In this document: in pieces, positions 1-13,254 of the stretch | How positions within the stretch are numbered: the stretch's first letter is position 1 | Layout: each line of letters starts with the position of its first letter | DNA from: Camelus ferus | Taxonomy: Eukaryota | Direction of reading: 5' to 3' | Assembly (NCBI RefSeq): GCF_009834535.1 | Contig: NC_045697.1 | Span: forward strand, 74,464,001-74,528,000 | Length of the DNA stretch: 64,000 nucleotides | The notes under the pieces: model-generated | What the model saw: only the letters and a program-made list of their open reading frames with translations | The model's database searches: none | What the model was told of the DNA's origin: nothing | Program-made: the position numbers and the translations under genes

Positions 1-279
1 TTTTTTTCTTTTTTGACTATTTGAGTATTGTTCTCAAGTTAGCAAAATTTCCAGCCCCAAGCAACACCCACACAGACACACGTATGTAACACAAGTGTGT
101 GAGAGTGTGTAGTCTAGACAGTGCTTACTGCTCCAAGACACAGTGATTTTGTATATTTCTATTACTCTATTGTAAATTCTTAGTTTTTTCTTTTATTGTC
201 AAACAAGAACCTGACGTATATACCATATGGTTGATGTGCTGCTGACCTAGAAATAATGCCTGCTATCCTCTTTTCACAG

Positions 280-372
280 CTGTATGCCAGCCACAGTGCA
301 AACATGGTGAATGTATCGGACCTAACAAGTGCAAGTGTCATCCTGGATATGCTGGGAAAACCTGCAATCAAG
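280..372 (+). CDS. NPNT: Nephronectin coding exon (exon 3 equivalent), EGF-like repeat 1
   Basis: ttttcacag|CT...CAAG|gtaggg; 93 nt, phase 1-1; reads [30 protein letters not shown], recognisable as nephronectin EGF1. This frame is not in the ORF track. Confidence 0.96.
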
Positions 373-528
373 GTAGGGAAGCCGTGTGACACAGTAAACA
401 ATCATAAGCCTCCTCTACTGTCTGATAAAAGAATTTAAGTTCTCATGCAAATCACTTTTCCGTGACTATTATCCCCAAATATATGAGATGCAATTTGGCT
501 GAAAGATAAAAATATAAGAGTGGTGACT

Positions 529-676
529 TTTTTTTTTAGTTGTATTTATTTATTTTCATTATGTTTTGTTTTGCCTTTTTTTTTTTTTAACGCCCTTAAC
601 GGAGGCACTGGGGATTAAACCCAGGACCTTGTGCACGCCAAGCATGCGCTCTACCACTAAGCTATACTCTCACCCC
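529..676 (-). mobile_element. tRNA-Ala-derived SINE (camelid vic-1-like)
   Basis: Reverse complement of 601-676 reads ...tatagcttagtggtagagcgcatgcttggcgtgcacaaggtcctgggtttaatccccagtgcctcc; T-rich tail on the left. Confidence 0.85.
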
Positions 677-2984
677 AAGAATGGTAAATCTTTTAAAATC
701 TATTTAATTGGAGGACAATTAAAAGAATTTCATCCTCTTATTCACTATTAATAATGAAAATGCTTTTTGAGAAAGAGAATTGCATCATTAGTAACATGTT
801 AAATGTTAGAAGCCTTACATTCTGCTCCTCCTCGATCTTCCTCTAACTGGTTGGGAAGCTTTTGCAAATTGTTAGCCCCCTTGGATCTCAGCTAAATGAA
901 AACACTTTAAGACTCAAAGCCCGGTAGGAGGTTTGGCTTGAAGTTTTGAGGTCCCTTCCAACTCTGAGCTCTTTGATCTTTGTGATTGAATTCCCTTCAT
1001 CCCTTGACCAGTTTGTAATGCGCTCTGAGAAAGATAGATTTTGATTAACTTAGCAAGTTATTTTTCATTGGCATCAGTTGCTTATAAAAGCAAATATTTA
1101 TTTAGCTCTCACAATGCCCAGGTATTTTATATATATTCTCTATTTTCAACACTACAACAACATTAGGAGGTTGAGCGCTGTATGTTACAATTAAGCTATA
1201 AATAATATTGTTATTTGATTTTTCATTTGAAGAGATATCAGGAATATTAAGTGTCTTGTCCAAGTTTACCAAATTTGTTGGTAAAAGATCTACTGTGTCA
1301 ACGTAGAGCTATTGCCTGTATAACTCATGTTCTTTCTACCAATACAGTTTTGGATGCGGAAAGTATCATTGGAAGTGTGATCTTCTAATTCAGGCTGCAT
1401 AACCATGCTGTCAAGTCTTGTCTTTTCAATTAATCTCAACCAAAATTTTCTACCGTTAGGTATTGAAAAAGAAAACAGAAGGAAAGAAAAGCTAGGGTTA
1501 GATTTCACTAGAGAGATGCAAGGATGAAAGAGTCAAACATTTCACTTATTTCTTAGAGTAATAATCCCTGTCATTTTAAGTGTCAAATGACACAGCTGCA
1601 TAGGGTCTCACTGTCCTATAGGCACTTACTTAACTTCATCTGATACAGAAATGATCTTGTTGAAATGCTCTTGTTCTTCAATATCTGATAGTCCTCGAAG
1701 TGTGTCATGTAAACTCGTGATCCACAGGTTTTCACAAGAATCAGGAACACTGATATTTGAAAGTGTATGTAATTGTTCCGGAACTACCAGGTGAAATCTG
1801 TTAGTGAAGTGTGACATGGCCAATGGGAGGACTAACTGTTATTCTAAAGTCTGTTCTTTTTTATCTTCTACTTGGTTGACTACCTTTTCCCCTAAAGCTG
1901 CTTCTCTATCTTAAAAACTCATTTTTTAAACTTGGAATTTACCTAACATACATGAGTAGTATTTTTGAAATTCTTATTATCTCAGTTTACTCTTTTAAAA
2001 ACCTATTTGATTTTCCTTCTGCAGTGTATGTTCACAAGTAGCAGCATGTTCAGTTCTGATTATTGAGTTGTCAGTGTTAATCTGAGAGTGCCAGCGTGCT
2101 TCTTTTTTTTTTTTTAAAGTACTGAACATAAACCATCAGAGCTTTCATTAATATGTCAGCACCATAAAACTTTGTTGTCCTGATGCCAGGAATTTATACA
2201 AAGGCGATTACTAAAAGAAGCCACTGTTGAGATTGCAGAGAAATTCGTTTAAATTTATTTGCAGGAGCTACATCAACTTTAATAAGCTGCAGAGACACTA
2301 AAACCGTCATCGGAACACAGATGCATCTCTGGGTATCTCATTTTCAGAAAACCAGTTTACCATGTACTTTTCCCTATAATTTCATACCTGTTTCTCTAAA
2401 GGAAGATTGAAATACACAGAGTTGAAATCTTGTCTCCCAAAACTAAATATAGTTAGGGGGAAGAGGATTTCATTAGTGGCAAAATGGATTTTACACTTGC
2501 AGAAAGAGTGCTGCCACTGAAAATGTAATTTCACGTTCAATCTTGAGTATAAAACTCCAGCCCACAGTAAACTTAGGTGTTTTAATCATCTGTCTCTTTT
2601 CCTTCCTTTCCAAAAAAGCAGCTGTGGCAAGTTCCCGATGGGAAGGTTTCTGTTCCTTGAGAGCAGGCACCCTTTTGATTTCTTGGTTTTCCTGAAAACT
2701 GTTATTTAAATGACTAGCACAGGAGAAGTGCACATTAAATACTTGTTTAGTGAGTGTTTTTGTGTAACAGTTCTTGGTCCTGAACCCCATAGGAACTTGA
2801 AAAAGTCCCATGGAGGCATCTGGTACAGCTGCTTCATCTCTGACTCCGTGGACTGTCACGGGGAGAGAGGCTGCGCGAAGGTGGGGGAGAGCTGTCCAGA
2901 GACCCCCGGAAACATCATTAGAGCAAATTGTCCATATCTGCTACATAGAAAAATTAACTTGGACTATTTTTGTCCAGACCATAC

Positions 2985-3098
2985 TTTTTTTTTCGTTTTT
3001 TATTTTTATTCTTTTTTAAATGGATGTACTAGGGGTTGAACCCAGGACCTCAAGCATGCTAAGCACACACTCTACCACTGAGCTATACCCCCCCACCC
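2985..3098 (-). mobile_element. tRNA-Ala-derived SINE with target-site duplication
   Basis: tRNA-like body 3021-3098, T-rich tail, direct repeat ccagaccatac at 2974-2984 and 3099-3109. Confidence 0.9.
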
Positions 3099-4922
3099 CC
3101 AGACCATACATTTTAATAAAGTGGAAAACGTGCCTCAGAGATATGGGAAATCAGGCAGGTCTCTTTTTTCTTGAGGATAGAAATATCAAGAAGAGATACA
3201 GTTGAGATAATTTCCACAGAACTGGAAATTAACTTTTGATTAAAAGTAGGTTTTGGCATCCAGTAAGTATCCGCTGTAAACTGTGTTGCAGGCTGTGTAC
3301 TTTAGGAAATCACTCCCTGGAAACTTGCTTGGCTGAGTGAACAGCTTGAGTAGATGACAGGCACCTAATGAGTGCTTCCAGGGCTGCCTGGGAGCAGCAG
3401 GAGTGGCAGGGCAAGCCCACTTTGGAACTGGCTTCACTCCACAGCCTCGTCACAAGATTAGTGTGAATCTGCTGCTGGTGGCTCGTGCCTCCCTGCGAAT
3501 CATCCCCTGGGTTTGCTGGAGCCAGGTCACATACAAAATCGTGCACTTGGGCTGACCACAAGCCTGTTCCGTAAGGCACAGTGCCTTCCACAGTAGATGA
3601 AATTCTAACCTGAACTCTGGCAAGATTGGCTTTTTTCCACCTTACTTTCTTGGGTAATTTTATTCATGTAGATTTCCCCCTCCTTGAGTTTCTGTACCTG
3701 TACAAATCCCCTTTCCCCTCAGCCAAAAAGGGATACTATTATAGAAAATAATCTTTTTCATAACTTTCCCATTAGGGAATAATTTTTGGCATGTAATGTA
3801 TCCTATTGTTGCATAATTCTAGGAACGAAAGATATTCTTTTGAATTTACAGTGTGCTTTGTAACGGCTTCAGAAGAAACAGTTTATAAATTTCAATTACT
3901 GATGTTTTGCCATGGTTTATGCTTCATATGTTGAATTCCTTATCCCAAGAAAAGAACTGGGATCTTGTAGCACAGAACCAGACGGTGAAGTCTCAGTTGA
4001 TTGCTTTCCTGAGCACAGCAGTCTGAGTGCCTTGACCCTAACATGAAGGTAGCTAAGGCCTTACTCTTTGAAGGATGTGTGGTTTCAGCCCCAGAAACCA
4101 ATGTTCATTTAATTTGGAAGTTTAACTGACTATTACTAATATGATAGTCTTGAAACAGGATATGATTGCCTTTTTGATTCTACTTTGGGTCTCATCCATC
4201 TTATAATATTTTGGGTAAGCTACTAATGGCAACAGTTAGCCATTTTTTGCCAAAAGCCTCTCTCTTTATCCTTCTTTTTCCCCCCAGTCCCAGACATCTC
4301 AATCTTATCTGTGTCCTGGTGGGGTGTCTTATGTATAGTCTAATTAAACGTCTAATTACGTCTAAATATGACGTAAGTTCTTACATTTGAATGAAAACAT
4401 AGCCTGTTATTTACTTAAATAAGATCTTTATGAAAATCATAAATTTATGCATAATTCTGGAGTATTTTTTACAGCACCATAATATAGGAAAAGGTTTTAA
4501 GTTGGTCATTTAAGACCTAGGTATTTCTAAACAGAGAAGATTGATCATAACCAATATTTTTATAATCTATTTTTTTAGTTTTCTCCGTTGATGACTAAAG
4601 TCATGTTTTTAAAAATAGCCATATCTTTTTTGGTGCCTTAGAAAAAATTGGTATGGGGATGATGGATTGTTAACTTATAATGTATGTATGTGTTCTCGGG
4701 GAGCAAGATGGCAGTGATAAATTTTAAGGAAAATAGAAATTAAAATTAAAAAAGAGAGAAACTGGGAGAACTAGAAACTAATTTTTTGTGAAGTATCTAA
4801 AGCATTCTTTTCAAACTCCACCAACTTTTTGTAATTGTTTAATATATACTTATAAAGATTTTTAGGGCTAAAAATGACATCAGTTGAAAGTTGACTCTTA
4901 TTACCTTCTTCCTGGTGTGAAG

Positions 4923-5015
4923 ACGAACGCTTCTTCCCAACTCCTCTTGACCAAGGCCGTGAACAGCCTCTTTTACAACCCCCGGATCATCAAGCCACCA
5001 GTTTGCCTTCAAGGG
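4923..5015 (+). CDS. NPNT: Nephronectin alternative (cassette) exon between EGF1 and EGF2
   Basis: ttaccttcttcctggtgtgaag|AC...AGGG|gtgagc; 93 nt, phase 1-1, no stop; reads (D)ERFFPTPLDQGREQPLLQPPDHQATSLPSR, resembling the insert of long mammalian NPNT isoforms as recalled. Confidence 0.85.
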
Positions 5016-8000
5016 GTGAGCGTGCGTCATCTCAGGTGGCTGCTCCTCCCACCTGCACGGCTTCCTGCAGTGTTGTCACTCTTGCCAATGTTCTGAAGAC
5101 TCACCCCCGGAGTGCCCAGTCTTCAGCATCCTGAGCATGTGAAGCAAGGGGCAGGAACTGTCACCTGGTGCCGCTTCTCTGTGCTCTAGAAGCCTGGAGC
5201 CTCCACTGTCCTTTCCCTGCATCGAGTATCCGTTGCTTTTCTTACTCTTTTCTGGGTTTCAGAATGTTTTCTATAAATCAGATGACAAAATAACTTTTGT
5301 TTTCCTCTGGAGGTGAAGTCAGGAATTCGAAAGCAACTGTGATTGGGGTTCTGATGGCTTTGTTTAGTAGATTTTAGAAGTGCTCAGGTCCTCTCCCCGC
5401 CACCACATTTGGGGTGTAGGGTTTTAGGTCACCTGCAAATCAAACCATAGATTAGTTTCCTTCCTTGGGTGAACATTTTGTAATATTAGGAAGACTGAGT
5501 TCTGGTTCCAGCACAGCCCTTATGCAGCTGTACGATTGTGAGCAAGTCACTGAATGTATCTGGGTCTTAGCAAACCAGTTAGTAATGGAGGAGAGTAATG
5601 CCGGCTGTCTTCAGCAGCAAGGCTGGTGTGAGAACAGAAATACCAAAAATATGGATGTCTTCACTATGCTGGAAAATTCTGTAGCAAAGTTAGGTGGCAG
5701 CATGCCTTTACAGTACTTCTTCTAAAAGATTTTTGTTTCTCACCCACTCGTAGATTTTGGAACTTAGAATGACTGAATTAAACTCAATAATTATTAATTA
5801 CTGTCTCTCTGCTAATAGGGAACCTGATGCATTTGGATCAAGAAATTAAGGCACAAAGAATTAGGGCAATGAGATTAATTTCAGGGTCACTGATAATTTA
5901 AAAAGTAAAAGTTACGGCAGTTGACATATTAATATCTGTTTGTCTGTTACCTTCACTTTAGTCAGGTAAGATATAAACGCTCAGACTTCTGTGACATTGC
6001 TTAGTTTAAGCCTCAAAGGAAAAAAAAAAAAAGGTCCAAATTCATTAAATGAATGCAAGGTTATTTTCCTTAAAAATCTGCTGGGTTATCTTACTCAATA
6101 AATCTCTTCAGATTTTCAAACTACTTTTCAATGTCTGCATGCTAATAAAATTTCTGATTCTTTTTTTCCCCTGAAGTGTAATTATAATGCTATGCAGCCT
6201 GCATTTTTGTTCTGGACCAGCTCCTTCCCCTTCTCCCCTTACACAAGCTGCTGAATTCACCAACTTGCTTAAATATACACCTGACTGTAATAGATGCTCT
6301 TTAAGAATTGTATATATGACAATTTAAGCATTTGAATATAAGTGGTTTAATTGTAAAGTTCTGTCCTTTGATGTGGTAAGATAAGTACATGATAGAATTA
6401 ATTAATTTTTTGTGTCTTTTCCTTATAATGTATATTACATTATAAACTTCTAGAGAAAGAGCAAGATTTAAGTAAATTTAAAATAAAGACACTAAAGTTT
6501 TCTTTCCTGGGTTCTTGGAACAACTTTTAAGATTGATTTGAGAAAGTGTGATCAAAAAGAATATTCTTGTTCTTTATATTCTGCTCATTATTATAGGAGC
6601 ATTTACTATAAATTGGAGGTGTCATTTTTTAATTTCTGACTTAATTTGATAGTAACACAAGTATTACTAGGTCTATAGTCAAGGAGATTTTGAAAGCAGC
6701 ATGCGTTAATGCAACTTCATAAAGCATTAGGTCAATAAGAAAATAAGGTATAATAATCATAGACTAGAAACCCTAAAGAAGATTGAAGACAATGAAGTTC
6801 ATCAGCAGGGTACCGGAGGCTTCTAATCTTTTGCGCTCCCTGCTTTAGTGAAAGTTTGGTAAATTTTGATAATCATGGATTACTGGGGAATTCTATTTCA
6901 TCATTTCTGCAGTGGTTTTTGTAAGGGTTGGTGGGAATTTTTTACGAGACACATGCCTGTGGCAGATGGGGCAGTGATGGCCGTCACTGGGGACATCCAT
7001 ACCAGCCAACTGTCAGGGAGTGTCATCCCGCCCATCACCAGCTGCTAGCGTACAACTTTCTCAAATTGCTTTCAATGTCTTTGGATCCTTATGTCTCAAT
7101 TTAATAATAGTAAAATAGCCAGCAAATGTCTCTACATTTACCCACTGGATGCTGTGTGTTTATTTCCTTTCCCATATTCATAGGTGATTCCAGGGGTTTT
7201 TTTGTTTGTTTTTGGAATTACAGCATCTTATTGATTTTTCATTTCCTTTCAGTTTTGTGATTCTTAACCCTAAAGTGCTTTTTCTTATGGAAAGAGAAAG
7301 ATAAACTTGGTTTGAAGACCCCCAGCAGCCCCAGTCTGTATCGTGAAGCTTCTCATAGCAACCCTAAGGGGCCCTTTTTCAGCCGAGACTGGAGCTGCCT
7401 CAGCTGGGTCTCCACTTTAGTTCATGGCCATATTCCATCAGCAGAAATACACCTTGTGTATGAGCTGCCTGGAACTATAAACATCTAACCAGTCCTCATC
7501 AGGAAGCCACAGAAGTTCCTGTGGCTCTTTAAAAATAAACCTAAAGAACTGACTACACGTCAATAAAAATAAAATAGAATAGAATAAAATGAAAAATAAA
7601 TGTAAGGGTTCTTAATGACACATTTTATATCCATGCATTGCCTTCCCTTGAGACATAGAATTCAGTCACTCTGCTACTTTATTGTACTATTCTGCTGTAT
7701 TTCTGCTTTGTACAGAAAAATATTTAGGACCCAAAGCCTTTCTTTAATAATGTATTCATATTTAAATACTATTTTCTATAATATTAATCTGAGATTTATC
7801 AAAGCCAGGTGTGCCTCTGCCGGGACATATTAGGAATGATAATTAACTCCTCTTCAAACATGAGAAAAGATCCCTATATTGAAATACAATGTAGAAGAAT
7901 ATGACAAGTGGAATGAATTTCTTTCTCTGTCTTTCCTCATTGATTGAAAAATTTTACTTCATTTTAAATGAAGGAGAAATCAAATTTTTGTTGGTACTAT

Positions 8001-9457
8001 AACTTGCAAAGTACATTCTTCAAGGAAATTTTTTAAAAATATTTTAAAAAGTGATTCTGTTTTGAATATCCTTGACTGGGCAAGAGAATCTGAAGTTAAA
8101 AATTGAAGAATACATAGGAGATGACAAAGGTATCTGGTTTATTTATTTAACCTTTTCGAGGCTTCATCCAGCTGGGGACCTGCTTACAGTTGTGCTTATG
8201 GTAAACAAAAAGGCCAAGTTGAGAAGTCAGTAAAATATTTTTTAAAATTTAGGTGAAATAATTATTTGATGGTTTAAAAAAATGTAATTTGGTGGTTACA
8301 TTAAGTATATATATTAATATGTACAGCTTTTTAATAATTGAGCAGGTTTAAATTTGGTTAGACTGAAAACAACTTGTAACTCGATAATATCTATATTTCT
8401 AATTTGAAGACATGGCTTAATAGATAATTAAATTGTGCTAATCAGATGCCTATGCTGGCAAGTCCAGACAAAATAAACATGTGGTCATATTTCTTTTTAA
8501 TGAAGTCTGTATTTTGGGCACTACTGTTTCAGTGTTTATTTGTCATGAGTTTTATGTTCACTAGAGGCAGTGTTCAACTTGGGTTAGAAAACTCTCATAA
8601 TGCGAAGTTTATTAATTCATTTCATATTGATATTTAAACCTGAGATATATAATGATAGTCCATCAGGTATTGTCCATTAGTATTTCCATGTGCCCTTAAC
8701 TGCAGAATGATGAAAATATGTTAACGGGTCTTTTTTTTAGTTCATTTTGTGACTTGAGTGCTTTACTATAGTAGAAAACTGAAGTTTCTTGTTTAATCTG
8801 AGATCAAAGTCTAATTACCCCCCCCAAAATCTGAGATCAGTATAGGTTCTATAAAATTGAACAAGAAGAACCACAATAGTGATCACTCTAATCAGTTTAT
8901 CACAGCCCCACTTGCATTTTTTTTTCCACATTTTTTCTTGTCCTCTGAAAAACGAGCTTTTCTTTGGGAAGGTCAAAGCAAGTCTAATGTTAAAAATCTG
9001 TGTGCTTTCTTGTAAGCTAAAATAGGTTCACACAGTGTCTTCTTTAAACAGAGACAGGAAGAAATTGAAAGAGGAAGCTCCCATTATCAGGAGTGAATCT
9101 AGCAGTGTAACCCAGAGATTGTGAGGACATTGGAGTCAGATAGATGGTTTGCACGCTGCTCTTTCTAGGGATGGTACGCTACGTGTCTGTGAGGAGAATC
9201 TTCCTAACTGCCCTTTATATTATTTAAGCTCCAGAAATTCACACGGCACCTCTGGTTGAAGACTCCTGGTCGCCTTCATTTCAGTGTCACCTGCATTGAA
9301 ATGCAGACGTTGTGAACAGGCGCTATCTCTTTTGTACATGACTGGTGACAATAGCTTGACTGACTTCTCTTTCGTTCTTCAATATAGAGAAGTATCTCAG
9401 TGATGTGCGTTAGCTTGCGGCTTTGTCATCTTTCTGCGTCAACTCCATTCTTTTCAG

Positions 9458-9577
9458 ACCTGAACGAGTGTGGCCTGAAGCCACGGCCCTGCAAGCACAG
9501 GTGCATGAACACGTACGGCAGCTACAAGTGCTACTGTCTGAGCGGGTACATGCTCCTGCCGGACGGGTCCTGCTCGG
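9458..9577 (+). CDS. NPNT: Nephronectin exon 4 equivalent, calcium-binding EGF
   Basis: ttttcag|AC...TCGG|gtatgt; 120 nt; (D)[39 protein letters not shown]. Confidence 0.97.
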
Positions 9578-10077
9578 GTATGTGAAGAATCTTAACTGCT
9601 TCCTGAGTGCTTTGGGCTTGCTTTCATGCTGTGTGCTCTGTCAGAGTGTGGAAGTGGCCTCCCAGCCCTCCTCCTCAACAGGATGTGAGCGCGTGTTTGT
9701 ATGTGGGCCTGAGGAATGGAACATCAAAACAAGGGTTGCCCGTTTTAGATAACTGGCATTCTTTTACCCTGGGTGCCAATGGTAAATTGATTTGGAAATT
9801 GTATTTAGAACAAGAATCACAAAACTAGTGTATTTTCTAATGTTTTTCTTAGCACTTTTCTCCCCGTCTTCTATCTGGGCATAGAACGATTCCAGGTAGA
9901 AAAACAACATTAGTGACTATTTGAGGACTGCTGTGCCGTCTGTAATGAGGGCCCCTAAACTGTTAGCTGGTAGAGAATCCAGTCTGGTGACTGAGTGTGA
10001 ACCATCCATAAGTATCTCCTCACTTTATTTTTACATTTCTTTATAATAGTCTAGAGACTAAGTTATATCTCTTTCCT

Positions 10078-10102
10078 AAAAAAAAAAAAAAAAAAAAAAA
10101 AA
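10078..10102 (+). repeat. A25 homopolymer
   Basis: Seen directly. Confidence 0.95.
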
Positions 10103-10934
10103 GACCTACTTCAAATGAAAAAAAAAATGATTATAATAACAAAAATAGATTTTGTGTGCCTTTAGAAGAAAGAAATGGGTGGTGTTTCCTACTATCATTT
10201 GGATGTGTTTATAAGTTGGACAATGCCCCCAAATTCTCTGCAGGCTGAACATTCAATTGAGGTTGTAGTTATATGATTTCCAACAATTGATGGCTTGATT
10301 TTTATTTTTACTAAACTATCAGTTAAATCAAATAATTATCAGTCAGGTAACTGGTTGCATTTTATAACAGAAAAAAGCTTAGCTACTTTTATTCATCATG
10401 GCATATTTAGCATGGAACTTTTTGCAACGAGGTGAGTTCATGTTTATTAACATTTGGAAGTGATCCTCTAGAATCCTCTAACATTGACAGCTCAGTGAGA
10501 AGTCTCCTGCTGTGCCTTGAGAAAGATAATGGGCGGCTGAGGCAGTTACTTGCATGTTTTAGTTACGACCAGCACTTAGCTCGAGTAATCTGGAAAAATA
10601 CCTCAATTCTGCATTTTCCTTGGCCATTGGAAAAATTTCCAGGTTCTCTCTGTGAGATAAAGTTTTACATTTGCCTTTATTCTTTAAATGCATTAAAGAG
10701 CTTCTCCTGGTGACAATAGAGCTGGATCACTTCTGCATCATCCCTGGAGGAGGAAGGTCTTTCTGTCCTTCCCCCTGTTTTTGAGTTTCTTTATAGACTG
10801 TTGGAGAGTTAAGACCTTTTCATCTCCATTGTTAATTCAGGGTCATTGATTTCAGGACAGATAGAAAACATAGTTACGTTGGGTCCAGAGTATGCTGACC
10901 AACTCCCTGAGTCAGACAGTCACTCTCTTTCCAG

Positions 10935-11054
10935 GTGCCCTGACGTGCTCCATGGCAAACTGTCAGTATGGCTGTGATGTTGTCAAGGGGCAGATTCGGT
11001 GCCAGTGCCCCTCTCCTGGCCTGCAGCTGGCTCCTGATGGGAGGACCTGTGTGG
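10935..11054 (+). CDS. NPNT: Nephronectin exon 5 equivalent, EGF-like repeat 3
   Basis: ctctttccag|GT...GTGG|gtgagt; 120 nt; (G)ALTCSMANCQYGCDVVKGQIRCQCPSPGLQLAPDGRTCV. Confidence 0.97.
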
Positions 11055-11099
11055 GTGAGTTGTAAAGTGAAGCCTCTCTGTCAGCAGCCTCTCTGGGAT

Positions 11100-12545
11100 A
11101 AGGAAGAAAGTGAAATGTGAGGGATAGAAGGAAAAAGGACAGTTACTTACATCAGGTGATGAGCTATCCTTACCTTGAAAGGGGACCCCTCTCTGTGAAA
11201 GGACCATGGAAACCTTGTTTCCCTAAAAAATGAGGGACAAGATGAAGCTTCAGGCAGAGGAAACCACATGAGCAAAGGCACTGGAGTTTAAAGGAGCACA
11301 ATGTTCAGGGAAACAAGTAGAGGTCAGTATTGCTAGAATGTAACAGGCAATGAGTGTCAAAGCTGAACAGGTGGACAGGGCTAGATGGTATGTATTGCAC
11401 TAAAGAGTTAGATTTTTTCCCTGTAAATTAGGAAGGCAGTAAAGGATTGTGCTTAAGAGTCTGGGCTTTGATTTCAAACCTGGCTTTGCCATATACTTGA
11501 TATGTGACCTTAGGTAAGAGATTTCCTTTCTTTGAGCTGATTGTTCTCATCTTTAAAATGGGAGTAATGCCACATAGAACCCTTGTGAGGATCAAATGAA
11601 ACCATGTATGCAAAATGCTTTGCACAGTATCTAGCATGTAGTAAGCACTGAATGGGTGGAGGTGTTTGGGGACTCAGGAGATATTTATTGAGGACTTTCC
11701 ATATGCCACGTACTATGCTAAGTGCTAGAATATGTAGTAGTGGACAAAACAGACACTTTTTAATCCTCCCAAAGCTGATGTTCTGATGGGAGAGACAGAA
11801 AAGAAAGAGCTATCCAATAAAATTACAAACATTACCAAGTGTTAATATGAGGTACTAAGAAAGAGGGACAGAAAGGGTCTATTTTAGAAAATGATGGTCA
11901 GGGAAAGCCATAAAGTAAGAGATGGACCATTGGCCATGTGAAGAATCAGTCAAGCAGGTGAAAACATTGCAGAGCCCTGCAGTGAAAGAGAGGTTGGCCT
12001 GTTTGAGGTTTTGAAAGAAAGAAGGGCGTTATCCTTAAGTACAGAGGTGATGGCTTGATACACAACCGGTGAGGTAGGTGAGGACTGTTCATTGCAGGGC
12101 CTTCAAAGATGTGGTGAAGAATGAAGAATTAATTCAGAAAGCAAGTAGAAACAGTAAGAATTTTAGGCATGGTAATAATCCCATCTTATGTCTTATAAAA
12201 TTCTCTGTTTGCAGTTGTGTGGAGATGTTTTGGAGGGAGGAAGATTGGTGGGGAAGACGCCAGTTTGGAGGCTCTTGTAATAGTCTATCCCAGGAGATAG
12301 TGGCTTGGACTAGGGTCATGGCGTTGGGTGAAATGCAGAGTAAACAAGTTCAAAGAATGTGTCAGAGGTAGAATCAGCTGGGCTTGATGATTTGGGGGTT
12401 AAGGGAAATAGAATTGTCAAGGATGACTCATGACCCTAGTTGGAGCAACCAGGGGGATACAGGTGCCGTAAGTGCTGAGATACAGTGCAAGAGGAGGGCA
12501 GCTTGGGTTAGAAGATGAGCTGAAATCTGGAGGTACGCAGTTTAT
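11100..12545 (-). mobile_element. Degraded L2 LINE interrupted by a MIR SINE (~11440-11660)
   Basis: L2-like purine-rich motifs (atttattgag...tatgccacgtactatgctaagtgct; ggagatagtggcttggactagg); MIR core tgtgaccttaggtaag...tctcatctttaaaatggga. Confidence 0.6.
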
Positions 12546-12693
12546 GTTGCCTGTCAGGGCGACCAGCTGGATAACATTTATGATGAGCCACTGTGTGCCA
12601 GGCAACCATTTGCAGACAATTGTTTATTTTAAAATTTACTCCACCTGAACATGCTGTTGCTCTTCCTAAGATACAGTTGACCCTTGTTTCTAG

Positions 12694-12828
12694 ATATTGA
12701 TGAATGTGCCACCGGAAGAGCCTCCTGCCCCAGATTCAGGCAGTGTGTCAACACTTTTGGGAGTTACATCTGCAAATGTCATAAAGGCTTCGACCTCATG
12801 TACATTGGAGGCAAATACCAATGTCACG
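12694..12828 (+). CDS. NPNT: Nephronectin exon 6 equivalent, calcium-binding EGF
   Basis: gtttctag|AT...CACG|gtaata; 135 nt; (D)[44 protein letters not shown]. Confidence 0.97.
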
Positions 12829-13131
12829 GTAATAAACTCCAACCATTGCTTTGTGTTGTTTTTTCCTGCAGAGCGGAAAGGTCTCTTAATTATGGTGGTG
12901 ACTGGGTTGTCAAGGGCAGGGGAGGGCACTGGCTTTAAATGAAACAAACAGAAGTGAAATTCAAACGCTAGTAGTTCTGGATGCACGTGGACTTTTTTCT
13001 TCTGATTATCTGCAGATTTTACATGGACCTACACATTGCAAAAAAAAATTTTTTTTTGAAATGGTGTATCTTTTTGTGCCATCATATTTATCTCGCACAT
13101 AAACCTCTTCTTTTCCTCCTTCCTGATGCAG

Positions 13132-13254
13132 ATATAGATGAATGCTCCCTTGGTCAGTATCAGTGCAGCAGCTTTGCCCGATGTTACAACGTACACGGGT
13201 CCTACAAGTGTAAATGTAAAGACGGATACCAGGGTGATGGACTGAATTGTGTGT
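13132..13254 (+). CDS. NPNT: Nephronectin exon 7 equivalent, calcium-binding EGF
   Basis: cctgatgcag|AT...GTGT|gtgagt; 123 nt; (D)[40 protein letters not shown]. Confidence 0.97.
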
